A stretch of DNA of 64,000 nucleotides, from assembly GCA_951406725.2 (NCBI GenBank), contig OX597822.1, positions 55,118,001 to 55,182,000 on the forward strand, in the 5' to 3' direction. The stretch is from Octopus vulgaris (Eukaryota). The translations under genes were made by a program, and so were the position numbers. Below the pieces are notes generated by a model, which was not told where the DNA came from, searched no databases, and saw only the letters and a list, made by a program, of their open reading frames with translations. Positions 1 through 12,500 of the stretch are shown here, piece after piece (the first letter of the stretch is position 1; every line of letters starts with the position of its first letter).

Positions 1-450
1 GGCACCAGCATCAACAAGGTCCATTTTAGCATGGTCTTTACAACTGGATACCCTTCTAAATGCTAAATCTAGGAATGGCAACCAGCTATAATGATTTCTC
101 AAAGAAATCCATGCCTAACCCATGGTAGCAGAATAAAAATCAGTTTTGAACAAACAAATGAACAATATATATTTATATATATATCATCATCATCATCATA
201 TATATATATATATATATATATAGATACACATATGCAGAGAGGCTTCTGCACAGTTTGTGTCTATCAGATTCTACTTGTAAAGCATTGATCAACAAGGCTC
301 TTCTCAAAATGCCTTTTAGTGGTATGAAACTAGGATCCACATGATTTCAAGGTAACTTTTATAACAAGACATTTGTACTTTCATTCTTGAAGCAATTCTA
401 ATCTAAACTGTAACTCTTAAGTGCCTTGTTATTTCTTTCATTTCTTATAG

Positions 451-568
451 AAAAGAATAAAAAATTGAAAGAGGAACAGCAGCAGATCTTGTTGAAAAAT
501 GAAGAACTGTTGATTCAACACCAGGTTTTGCAGAAATCATTGGATGAAAATGTGGAAATGAAACCAGT
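451..568 (+). CDS. BUB1: BUB1 exon (coiled-coil-like KNKKLKEEQQQILLKNEELL...)
   Basis: ttcttatag acceptor, gtaagg donor, open frame, phase 2 end matches the next exon. Confidence 0.75.
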
Positions 569-3500
569 GTAAGGACAGAATACTTAAAATATTAGCAGCT
601 ATTTCTGTTTCTATTAGTACTTTAACTTGAAGGATCAGACAAGCTGTTGAACAGTGAAGGGATGCAAACCGCATAGCTGTCTTGTTTTGGCTGAATCCCT
701 GAACTTTCACTCACTGTGTCGGTACAGTTCACTGTAAGGCACCATACATATTGATGCAACATACCACAATAAGATATCATGTGTTAGTACAACCTGCCAT
801 TTAAAGTACCATGTTTGTTGGTACATTAAAATGGTACCTTACATTCCCCACTGTAAGGTACTATATGTCTTGGTATAGCTTATCACAGTATGGTACCATT
901 TTATTGGGGTAGTTTACTACAATAGAGTCTGTCAGTACTGTCACCATGGGGGAACCTCTGTCCAGTTGCTCAGTCAACAAGAAATAGAAGTCAGATTTCG
1001 GAGTCACATCCTACTTACTACCTTATAAAAGATGCATTGGATAGTGTTGTTCAATGTACACTATGCTTTAAACATTGGATCCTGTTAAATTGTCAAACCC
1101 ATTCCAGTATCAAATATGGATGTCAAATGATAATAATCACTGGCTTAGTTATGACGCTCAATCGAAAATAATTCCCTTTACATCTTGTACCAATGTCTAC
1201 AGAACTGTCTTCTGCTATGAATTTTTGTTCTCGTGTTTATGTAGGAAATTATCATTGTTGGAAAGCTTTTGATTATAAAGTCTATTCGACCAGGTTGGCA
1301 TAAAGCTAAAGAACAAGAGCACCCAGTGCATTAGCACAACCTATCATTGTCAGGTACAGAAACATTTGTTTTATCACCTTGCCAGGGTGAGTGCCCATGG
1401 AGTAATTAAGTATATCATATCCACCCTAGAGAATTTCACAGATACCTCTTGTGTTCATCATAAAGGTTCGACTTGATTTGAAAGAGAGTAGCTGTGAGTC
1501 TAGTTACTGGTCTATTAATCACTTGGTTGCAAAACCCATATCCTATTGCAAGTGATTCCCTTTGTTCAGTCCCCTGGATAAGGACACTGAATTCTACTTA
1601 TCTGTGCCTTACCTAAAGTATGATTGTTCTCCAGCTAAGTGAAGTTTCTTGTGATGAATTTGCATTGTATCCAGGAAAGTTGTGCTACCACTTCATTCTA
1701 ATGACATCAGACCTAAGTAGCAGCTCTGTGAATATATGAAATTTAGGAAACATTATTATTATGAAGATGGTGGAGTAGTGGATGAAATGCATTCTGGTAT
1801 TTAGTTACCAAGGTTCACAAAATATGATATAAAATAATAACTGGGGTCAATTAATTACCTTCTTAAATTTGTGCTGTGTTTTATCTTGTTTCTGTCATTA
1901 GACTGTTGTCATACTGGAGCACTGCTTTGAAGGAATTTTAGTCGAACAAATTGACCCTAGTAATTATTTTTAAAAGTCTGGTACTTATTCTATGGCTTTT
2001 TTTTTTTTTTTTGCCAAACTGCTAAGTTACAGGGACATGCACAAACCAATACCAGTTGTCAAGCTGTGTTGGGGGGACAAACAAAACAAATGACACACAT
2101 ACATGAAGGGTTTCCAAACAGTTTCCATCTACCAAATTCTCTCTTGAGGCATTGGTCAACATGGAGCCACAGTAAAAGACACTTGCCCGAGGTGCTGCAC
2201 AGTGAGACTGAACCCATGATCATGTGGTTCCAAGGCAAGCTTCATAACCAACATTCTTGTGCTATATGCAAATTTATAAATTTTTAATTACCAGTTAAAT
2301 TTTTAAGCTGATTTAATTGATTCTGCCCTTACGTGAAAAACTGTTGCTTTGTATCAGTATCATAAATCATTATGTTTTACTATATATTTCCATTGTTTCT
2401 CTGATTTTGGAATCTTATGACATCTGTTAGTTAGTACTAACTTGTGAGTTGTTGGTGCTGACTAGCCAGCTTGTCAGCACTGCCAAACTAGCTTGTCTGT
2501 GCTGCCTTGCCAGCGTGTCTATGCTGACTAACCAGTTTGTTGGTGCTGGTTAAGCAGGTTAATAATGACCTGCATTTTGTCAGTATTGATTAAGATGCTG
2601 GTAGCACTGATGGTAAGCTGGTAATGACCTAAAATGTTTTATTATTGTAAATTATTGAAATTCATGTTACCAAAGATTATCTTGAACATTCACCAGGGAA
2701 CCACAAGAACGCAGTTTGAAGAATGCAAGCTCACGTGACTTGACACTGAACGGCAGCCTAAATCGATCTGGGCAGCATACGACCAGCATTTCGAAAACTC
2801 CAGAACCTTTGCAAAATACTAGTCAGACAGGATCTAATTCCAGTTTCCAAAATAAAGAAGGCCAAAAGGTATTTCTTCCTCATTGTTGTAGCTTTTTTTT
2901 TCTCTTTTCAGAACCCATGATCCAGTAGATCTTTGATCAAAGGTATTCTGGCTATTTCCATTCAGATGGGATGGTCATGTAAAATGTGTAAGAATTAAAT
3001 TGTACTGTCCTTTTTATAAGATAACGGTTTTTTTTTCAGAGCAGTTTTGGTTACTATTTTTGTTTGGCCATGTGATCACTTGGAAAATTCTTTACTTTGC
3101 ATTGTTGTTGGTATATTTCGAACTGTAACATACATTGATGTATCATGTACCAAGCAATAAATAAATTTCCATTGAGTTGCTTGTACACTTCGTAAGTAAT
3201 AAAGCAAGCTGTAGAAACCATGACACTGGAGTGCAATATAGTCCTTGGACCCATTGGATCCTGTTAAATTGTCCAACCCATTCCAGTATCAAATATGGAT
3301 GTCAAATGATAATAATCACTGGCTTAGTTATGACGCTCAATCGAAAATAATTCCCTTTACATCTTGTACCAATGTCTTCAGAACTGTCTTCTGCTATGAA
3401 TTTTTGTTCTTGCGTTTATGTAGGAAATTATCATTAAGGTTGCAAGCCGACAGAATTGTTAGCATGCTGGACGAAATGCTTAACGGTATTTCGTCTGACT

Positions 3501-6500
3501 TTACGTTCTGAGTTCAAATTCCTCTGAGGTCGACTTTGCCTTTCATCCTTTTGGGGTCGATAAATTAAGTACCAGTTATGCACTGGGGTCGATGTAATCA
3601 ACTTAATCCCTTTGTCCTTGTTTGGCTCCTTGTGGGCAATAAAGAAATAAAAATTGTTAGCATGCTGAGAAAAATATTTAGTAGCATTTCATCCATCTTT
3701 ATGCTCAACTTTGCCTTTCATCCATTTGGGGTTGATAAAATAAGTTCCAGTTGAACACTAGGGTTGGTGTAATTGACTTAGTCCCTCTCCTGAAATTGCT
3801 GGCCTTGTGCCTAAAATTGAAACCATTATTGTTTTTAAACAAAAATTATTACTTGCTAATTTAAATGGCAGGTATGTAATCCTGAGGTTTGGTGACAAGT
3901 CGTCTTGAATCTCAAGAACCTTGAGATTCTAACAACAAATAGGAATGCACTTTTCTGCAGGTTGGCAATATATCTCAATTCCAATACCCTTCAGCCTCTT
4001 AGGTAGTAGTTTAGGTGTTGTGTCCAATGCTCTAAGTACCATATGAACAATATTTCACCCTTTTGTTTCGACAGTTTTTTTTTTTTGTCTCTCTGAGCAG
4101 CTCCTGATATTTCTTAATTTTCCCATTTACTTTTGATATCCACTCTACTATCATATATTGCAAAGTTCATGATCTTATACTTTGCTTTTTTTCTGTCCTT
4201 TTAATCATATTTGGTCTCCTTACCTCAATAATATGAACAGTCATTTAAAAAATCTCAACCATTCACGTTGACTGTTTCTGTCTTATGTTCATTCCCTTTT
4301 CCAGTCACTTTGAATCAGAAAAATTGGCTAGCATGTCAGTACACTCTTTTACTTATGCAGTCATGCCTATGTTTATACTCTTTGTCCTAGCTTACTGCAC
4401 TCACTTAAAAGATGTGTAATACTTTTGTTCCTTTTGCATACATTTTGCATTTGAAACCCATTAATTTTTTTTTTTTTAAACTTTTTCCTCTTACTCCTTG
4501 CCAGTCGATATATGCACCATCTACAACACTGAATACTATGGAAGCAATGGAAGTTGTGAGAGGATTTTATTGTGATTCCATCAATCTTGGCAAAGATACT
4601 ACAATTGACAGAGACCAGGATGCTGATTATGGTATTTATCTTTCATTTACTCTCCCTTCAAAATATCATCCATTTTCATGTTCTTCATTATGATTGTTAT
4701 TGTTGTTGCTTAATCAGCATAGGTCAGCATTGATTTAGCAGCCCTGTGGATCAGAGAAGTTCCAGCTTTTAACACTGTGTTCTCTTTTTCTTTAAATAGA
4801 TTATCTTAAACCACATTATACATTCAGTGACAAAAGTATGATAGAGAAATTTAGCTGGTATATATCTAATATGTCTAGAAATTTAGCTGGTATATCTAAT
4901 ATGTCTAGTGACCATGTTAAGACTTATTGGTTTGAGCTGCAATCATGACAACAAGATGAACAATAGCAGATTTCAAATAGTGAATATGTAAATAAACATA
5001 ACTGAATATGGCACATAAAAGACACCATTTGAGCGTGGCCGTTGCCAGTACCGCCTGACTGGCCCTTGTGTCGGTGGCATGTAAAAGCACCCACTACACT
5101 CTCGGAGTGGTTGACATTAGGAAGGGCATCCAGCTGTAGAAACTCTGCCAGATCAAGATTGGAGCCTGGTGCAACCACCTGGTTCACCAGTCGTCAGTCA
5201 AATCATCCAACCCATGCTAGCATGGAAAGCGGATGTTAAACGATGATGATGATGAAAGTTGTACCTGATGAAATTGTTAAGAATTAGTCCAGTCTATTGA
5301 ATAATCTGTGATCATTTTCTAATTTCCAGCAGGAGAGTCTGAACCAGTATACCAGGAACCAGTGCTTAAAGCAGCCCCTTTTGTTATTTGTGAGGATGAA
5401 CAGGAACCTGACCCTCCAGCAGCTGTGAAAAATGTTAACAATGTTTTTATAAGCCCGTAAGACTATGAGCTCTTTTGTTGCTATATTTCTAACTAAAACA
5501 CATCCCTTATGAGTTTCATTAAACAACTGTAACTTTTTTTACTTATTGACATATTAATGTGGTTTTTGGAACACAATTGAAGAAAAGGTTCTTAATTCTA
5601 TTGCATTACTTTTGTCTCAAAAGTGACTCTAATTACAGGTAATTACAGCAAAATATAAAAATATTAAAATTTTGTTTAAACATTAAAGAAAATGAGTCAT
5701 CAGCTAATATTCAATTGGGTATGTAACAAACATTTTAATATAGAAGAATTGTGCACATCACTAGATTATCTGTTGACTTTAATGCTCATAAGAACAGGGG
5801 TACCATAAAGGTAAAATAAAATGAAATACTGGAATTTGTTTTTGAAGAAAACTAGAAAATGAAATACATCAACTAAATGAAATAAACTTGCATACATACA
5901 TCAATACACAGAACATATATAATAAAGATTTACAATAGAAATTAAATCAAAGCTTGTCACTCACCTTACAGGCAAATGGAAATTACAGGTAAATAAAAAG
6001 TGGAAGAAAAGTAAATTTGAAAAATATTTATAAAATCTAATCATACATATATACAATATTCACACAGTATTTCTGTTGTGGAAACTTGTAAAACATCCCA
6101 TTCTACATACTGCAACCGTGCAGAATGCATGTTGGAAAGAAATTCCAACTGGCTGTCCACTGGGAGTTTTTCTTCTATGCTTGTGGAAAACACAAGCTGT
6201 CTTTTTCCCAGTTTGTTTATATTCTGCATAATGGTTTGTTTCCGCAGTGATTGCTTCAAACAAGCTTACTGGTAAAAATAAAAAAAAGTCTAATGGTTTT
6301 GATTCCTGAGAACGATGATGAACAGGTCCAGTCTCTTTAGAAAAATCGTTGATAAAAATAGATTTTGACCTGTTAGTCCATTCAGGTATAAATTCATCCT
6401 TGCTGTTACTATCAGTGTTTTCTTCAAAATTGCTGCTTTCATTTTCAGAAACAGAAATATCTGACTCATTTTCATACACTATGTGCTTTTGTCATTTTCT

Positions 6501-9500
6501 CGTACACTTGCTCAATTTCTCCATATCTTCTATTGAAAAGCCTCCTAATTCAGAATCACTGCTTGATAGCATGAAACTCTTATCCAGTTTAAAAGTTGAA
6601 AAAATGTGGAAAAAGGTCTCCCAAAATTTGCAGAATTCAGATATCATGTCAAATAATGTCGGATACTGTAACTGGACTATTTACAAAATGAAATCATGTG
6701 TTTTCACGAATGTACTAATGATATTTGTGCTGAAATCCACATTTAAATATCAATGGGTTTGCTCAGCTAGGTTCCCATTAAATAAGTTGTGTGTTAACAG
6801 AATGTTGGGCTGAACGCTTTGTGGTAATTTTTTTCATATTTTTTTACATTCTGAGTGGAATCAGGGCAGGCAGTAAATGATATATTACTTAAGAAAGAGT
6901 AAAACAAAAAAGAGGCAATAATCAAAATAGCTTGAGAAACACTGGTGTTTGGAGATTGAAGTATGATAGAGGGACAGGATCAGGTGATACATGGCTTTCC
7001 CAGTAGGAAAGGGAGAAAAGAGACAAGACTCAAAGTGAATATGAGAAAGAGAAAAGGGACACAGGATTGGAAAAGGTGGGTAGGTAAGTTTGTGAGTGTG
7101 TGAAAGGTGATTGACAGATGGTTAAAGATGGAGATAGAGGCGGAAGCAATGACTGGCACAAATGGGTGAAGGCATGGTCATCATCATCATTTAATATTCA
7201 TCTTGCATACTGGAATGGTTTGGATGGTTCAACAGGTGCTTGCAAACCAGAGAGCTGCGCCAAGCTCCATTGTCTCCTTTGGCTGAATGCTCTTCTTAAT
7301 GCCAACCACTTTACAGAGTGTACTGGATGCTTTTTATGTGGTACTAGCATTTATGTTTTTAAGTGGCACCAACACCAGCAAGGTTGCCAAGTAACTTGCC
7401 AGACAATGACCTCTCAGCTGAGAGAGGGAGTGGAATCGAGGAAAGTGGCTTTGTGCTGGGTGTGAGGGTTAGAGATATGTGTCTTAAAATAGAGGGGACA
7501 TTTGATCAATGGTAAATATCAGTTTGGGGAAGAAGAAAATATGAGTTTGTCAGTGAGAAGGAAGCAGAGGTAATAAGTGATAGTAATAGACAATGTGAAG
7601 TGCAGGGAAGCAAATGGTATCATTTACAGCCCCTGAGAAGTGCATGGATGAAAGTAATGTATCTTTTTTGGTCATAGTGTAGAAGACTAGATACAGCAGA
7701 CAATTGTTACTCTCTGTCTAGTTGTCCATTTTTTCCTTTTTTCAACTGAAGATATTTAAAAGAAATGTATTATTGATTTCTCTTAAAATTGGTTTAACAA
7801 TTCTGTTTCTAACATTTGGTACTTCTTTTACCACAGATCATCAAATTCAAACTTCAAAGGTGGAATCAGCATAGGAAGATTAGATAAAGAAAAAAACGTA
7901 AGAGCCATTTTTGAAATGTTGGTAATCCCTGTAAAGTTTTCACCTAAACATTTCTGCCTTGAAATATAGACGTCTCTGAGTAGATATAATACACACTCAC
8001 TCTCTCTCTCTCACTCTCTCTCTCTCTAAAATGGAATAGTTAATGCGTGCCTGATTTTAGAAAGGCATATTGCCTCTTTCTTTAGTGCTCTGAAATACTA
8101 AACCATTTTATAACTAAATAAATTTGTGTTTTTTATTTTACTATTTCTTAATAAAGGTGCAAACATGGCTGTATGATAAGAAGTTTGCTTCACAAACATA
8201 TGGTGGGTTCAGTCCCACTGCATGACACTTTGGGTAAATGTCTTCTTCTACAGTCTCAGCTGAGCAAAGCCTTGTCAGTGGTTTCAGTAGACAGAGACTG
8301 AAAGAATCCCATCATATGTGTGTCTACGTTTGTCTTGACATTGTGTTATACTTGTAAGTGGATGTCACTGTCACACAAGCAACATCATTCATTTCCAATA
8401 TTCATCAAGAATATATCTGGCTATGGGAAAATATTACCATATTTGGAAACAGGGAATGGTTGGTGACAGGAAGGGCATCTGAATAACACCATTCAAGGAT
8501 GATCATTACCTGCGTTGTCTTACTGGCATATGAAAAAACATTTGAGCGAGGTCGTTGCCAGTGCTGCTGGACTGGCTCCTGTGCAGGTGGCACATAAAAA
8601 GCACCATTTGAGCGTGCGTGGCCGTTGCCAGTACTGCCTGACTGGCCCTCGTGCCGGTGGCACGTAAAAGCACTCACTGCACACTCGGAGTGGTTGGCGT
8701 TAGGAAGGGCATCCAGTTGTAGAAACTGCCAGATCAGATTGGAGTCTGGTGCAGCCATTTGTTTTGCCAGACCTCAGTCAAATTGTCCAACATATGCTAC
8801 CATGGAAAGCGAACGTTAAACGATGATGATGATATGTATAGACAGATAGGAATAAAGGAATAAACAATGACCTTACAAACTTAGCTTAGAACTGTTTCTG
8901 TTATAAGATGCAGTGGACTCCTGGTTGAGTGCCTGAGTAACACTTTATAGCTTCACCAGAACCTCAATATCTACAGCAAGCCTTCAGTTATAATGAATAA
9001 CTGAAGAACTACCATCTACTTAAAACATAATGGTTGAATGAGTGCTTACAATAAAAGGCAAAAAAAAAATTTTTTTTTCAATATGTATTTATTTGTGTTT
9101 GTTTACATTTCCACTCATTTCTGTGAAAGTTGCAACCTTTGCACTGTTGCCAGTTCACCTGTCAACCCACACGATAAGCTGCCATAGAAATTCCAGCTTT
9201 CAGTTCCATTTACAAGGTGTTGATTGACCCGAGGCTACAGTGGAAGATACTTTCTTTGAGTATCTCAGAGTGAGATAGCACTTGAAACCATCTGGTTATA
9301 AAGCAATCGCCATACACAGACAGCCATAAGCTATTTCAGTGCCTATGGTATGTTTATTACATTCTCACATATTTAGAATAATATAACTTTCAGCACTTAA
9401 CTACCTGGGACTCTCCTTTCTAAAATGCTCATATTTATTTTTTAAACCTAAACAAAAAATCTCATTACAATATGATAATGTGAAATTTCAGCTGGTCAAC

Positions 9501-12500
9501 ACCAACATAATATACGTTAAACTCTTCCAAAATTTTCATTGTATTGAATGTTAATTGAAACACCTCAGTGGCAGTATACTCATTAGAAATAGTTATGGAA
9601 GGGTTGATGGCCAGAAATCTTCATTCATTTCATCACTTACATTTAATGTCTGTTTTAGTATGGTTTCCATGGCTGGATGCCCTTCCTAATGCCAACCACT
9701 TTACAGAGTGTACTAGGTGCTTTTACACAGCACCAGCACCTACGAGCCTGCAAGGTTAGGAATGCTCAGCTGGAGAGGGTTGCAGGAGATGAGCTTGTAT
9801 GCAAGTGATTAACAATAATATCACTTGGCAGCATTAATATTACATGATTGCAATAATAATATCATTTGGAAGCAACAATGTTTTCTATAGGCACAAGGAC
9901 TGGAGTTTGGTGGGGAGAGAGATGATTATATGGATCCCAATGCTCGACTGGTACTTCTTTTAATGACCCTGAAAGGGTGGAAGGTAAAGTCAGCCATAGC
10001 AGAATTTGAACTAAGTATGTAAACCTGGAAGAAATGCCACTAAGCATTTTGTCTGGATTGATAACGGTTCTGCCAGTTTGCTACCTTATTTGGTAGAAAT
10101 ACTAATTAATATTTGTTGTTGAGAAGACAGCAGGCTGGCAGGATTGTTAGCACACCAAGCGAAATACTTAATGACATTTTGTCTGTCTCTATGTTCTGTG
10201 GTAAAATTCCACTGAGGTTGACTTTGCCTTTCATCTTTTCAAGATAGATAAAATATGCACCAGTTGAACACTGGAGTTAATGTAATCAACTTAACCACTC
10301 CCCACCAATTGCTGGCCTTGTGCCAACATTTGAAACCAATATCTGTTGTTAGCAATATCATTATGTAACCATAACAATGTCTCTTGGTTGTAATAACAAT
10401 ATCATTTAGTAGCAATAACACTTTGTAACCATATTATCTCTTGGTAGCAATAATAATATCATTTTGTCATTTGGTATCATTAATAGCAGTTTGTAGCAAT
10501 AATTGTAATACTTGGTTGCAATTATGATATGACAGTTGTTTTGCAATAATGTTGGTATTTATCTTATTTTCTCTGTAGGCTGAAAAGGATGTAAAATTTC
10601 ATTTAACAATGCCAGACATGGATGAAATTACTCTAGGTTTTGCTAACGAAAGGTCTTCAACCTTCCAAAAACCTGTGAACCCAGCACCTCCACCGAACAC
10701 TGAGCCAACATTTCAGATTTATGAAGATGATCCACTGACCTGTCCTATAAATCAAGTGCTTTGTAAAAACTTGGTGTCTACACCGTTTCATCCATCAACA
10801 AACGTCTTCTCTCTGCCTGATATGTCCAACATCAGTTGTATCACTACAGAAAATATAATTATGATGGAGAAACCGACTGAAAACACAAACAGAACTGCTG
10901 CAATGAGGTTAGTACTAGAACATTCTAGAGTTGTGTGTACTTTTGTTAGAGGTCAAGAATAGAGAAGGGTTAGTGAAAATCTTAAATCTAGAAAATAATG
11001 CTTGAAAATTTTTACTTAAAACAAAGCAGTGCTTAATATGTACTTATAATGGATATTGATACATTCTAAAATAGAGGATGAAGTCTGTAAATCTCTGAAG
11101 GATTAATGAAAATCTTACTTAGAACTTGAAAATAATGCTTGAGAATTTGTACTTGAGTCAATACACAATTTAAATACAGACATATTATGAAAATATTAAT
11201 GCATTCTAAAAGAAAAACTGATTTTCATTACAAGTTATGAATGAGAATATGGGTAGCAGTTTTAAAAGATTAAGCAAATTATATATTTAAAAGAAAAAAG
11301 CAGTTTTTTGGTTTTCTGAATCTAATGATAATATGGAATAATCTGTTTGGTTTTAATAGTTTACTATTGAAAGTTATTTTCCTTTGAACGTTGGTCTACA
11401 TTTTAAAACTGTAATTTAGTGTTGGTCTAAAATTAAATACTGTTACTCAATGCTAGTCTTTGTTTTAATACTGTAACTCTTTGATTTTTATTTTGTGTAG
11501 CCCAATTAAAGAAAGAAGCAATGAAGGAACACATTCTAGTCTGGAGAACCGTACAGCTGATCCGAGTCATCATACCAACAGCCACTTCAGTCAAGTATCT
11601 TCCAAGCAGCTTCTTATTGCTGATCCATTCTGCAAAGAGCACCAGAAGAAAGTTCTTGCCAACCTTTCTGAACCATTAGAGGATCACGAGTCATACCATT
11701 GCTTAAATGAAGACCTGCCAATTTTGCGAACAAATGTTCAAGTTTCAATTGGTGAGTTCTGCAGACTCTGTGGAAATATTTTTGAAAAGTACAGATATGG
11801 CTGTATGGTTTAGCTGTTCACTTCCCAATTGTGTGGTTTCAGGTTCATTTCAGGTTCAGCCCCACTATATGGTACTTTAGTTAGATGTCTTCTGTTGTAG
11901 CTCTGCACTGACCAAAGTCTTGTGAGTGGATCATACAGTTCGATCCTTCAAGCATACAATTCTTCAGGTTTTGAAGCAAAGGGATACTCAATATAATTTT
12001 TAACCACTTCACAATTAATAAGATATTTTCCTTCTAAACAATCTTGCTATGATCTGAAAAGATGTTAGGCAGATGGAGCAAGGCCAAGTGAATACAGAAG
12101 GTTAAGCAAAACTTCTGTATGTTGTACCATAATCTTTTCCTAAGAGACTTGGGTTATATGTCATCATCATCCATTTTCCATGTTGGTAGTGCTCTTGCAG
12201 TATTGTGTAAGAGTAACACCTCTTTATGACTGACCAGTGACAGGCATATTTTCTGCAAATTTTTGTGCAGTGCTCCCAGTTAAAAGACTATACTTCTCTG
12301 CATTAACTGTTTTGTTTTGGTTTAAAATTCAGGCTAAATGAGACCCTTCATATTCCGCCCAAAACAGCATAACACTTTTCGGGTGTAGTCCAGGTTTGGG
12401 GATGAATTCTGCTTTTTCTTTGACTGCTAACATTTGTTGTTTTTGTTGGATGTGATCATAGAGAATTTGCTTTTCATCACTTGTGATGATTCTACTCAAG

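Noticed and set aside
700-930. Degenerate minisatellites (also at about 2440-2620, 10340-10550 and 13120-13320)
   Set aside because: Old low-complexity tandem decay with no evidence of function
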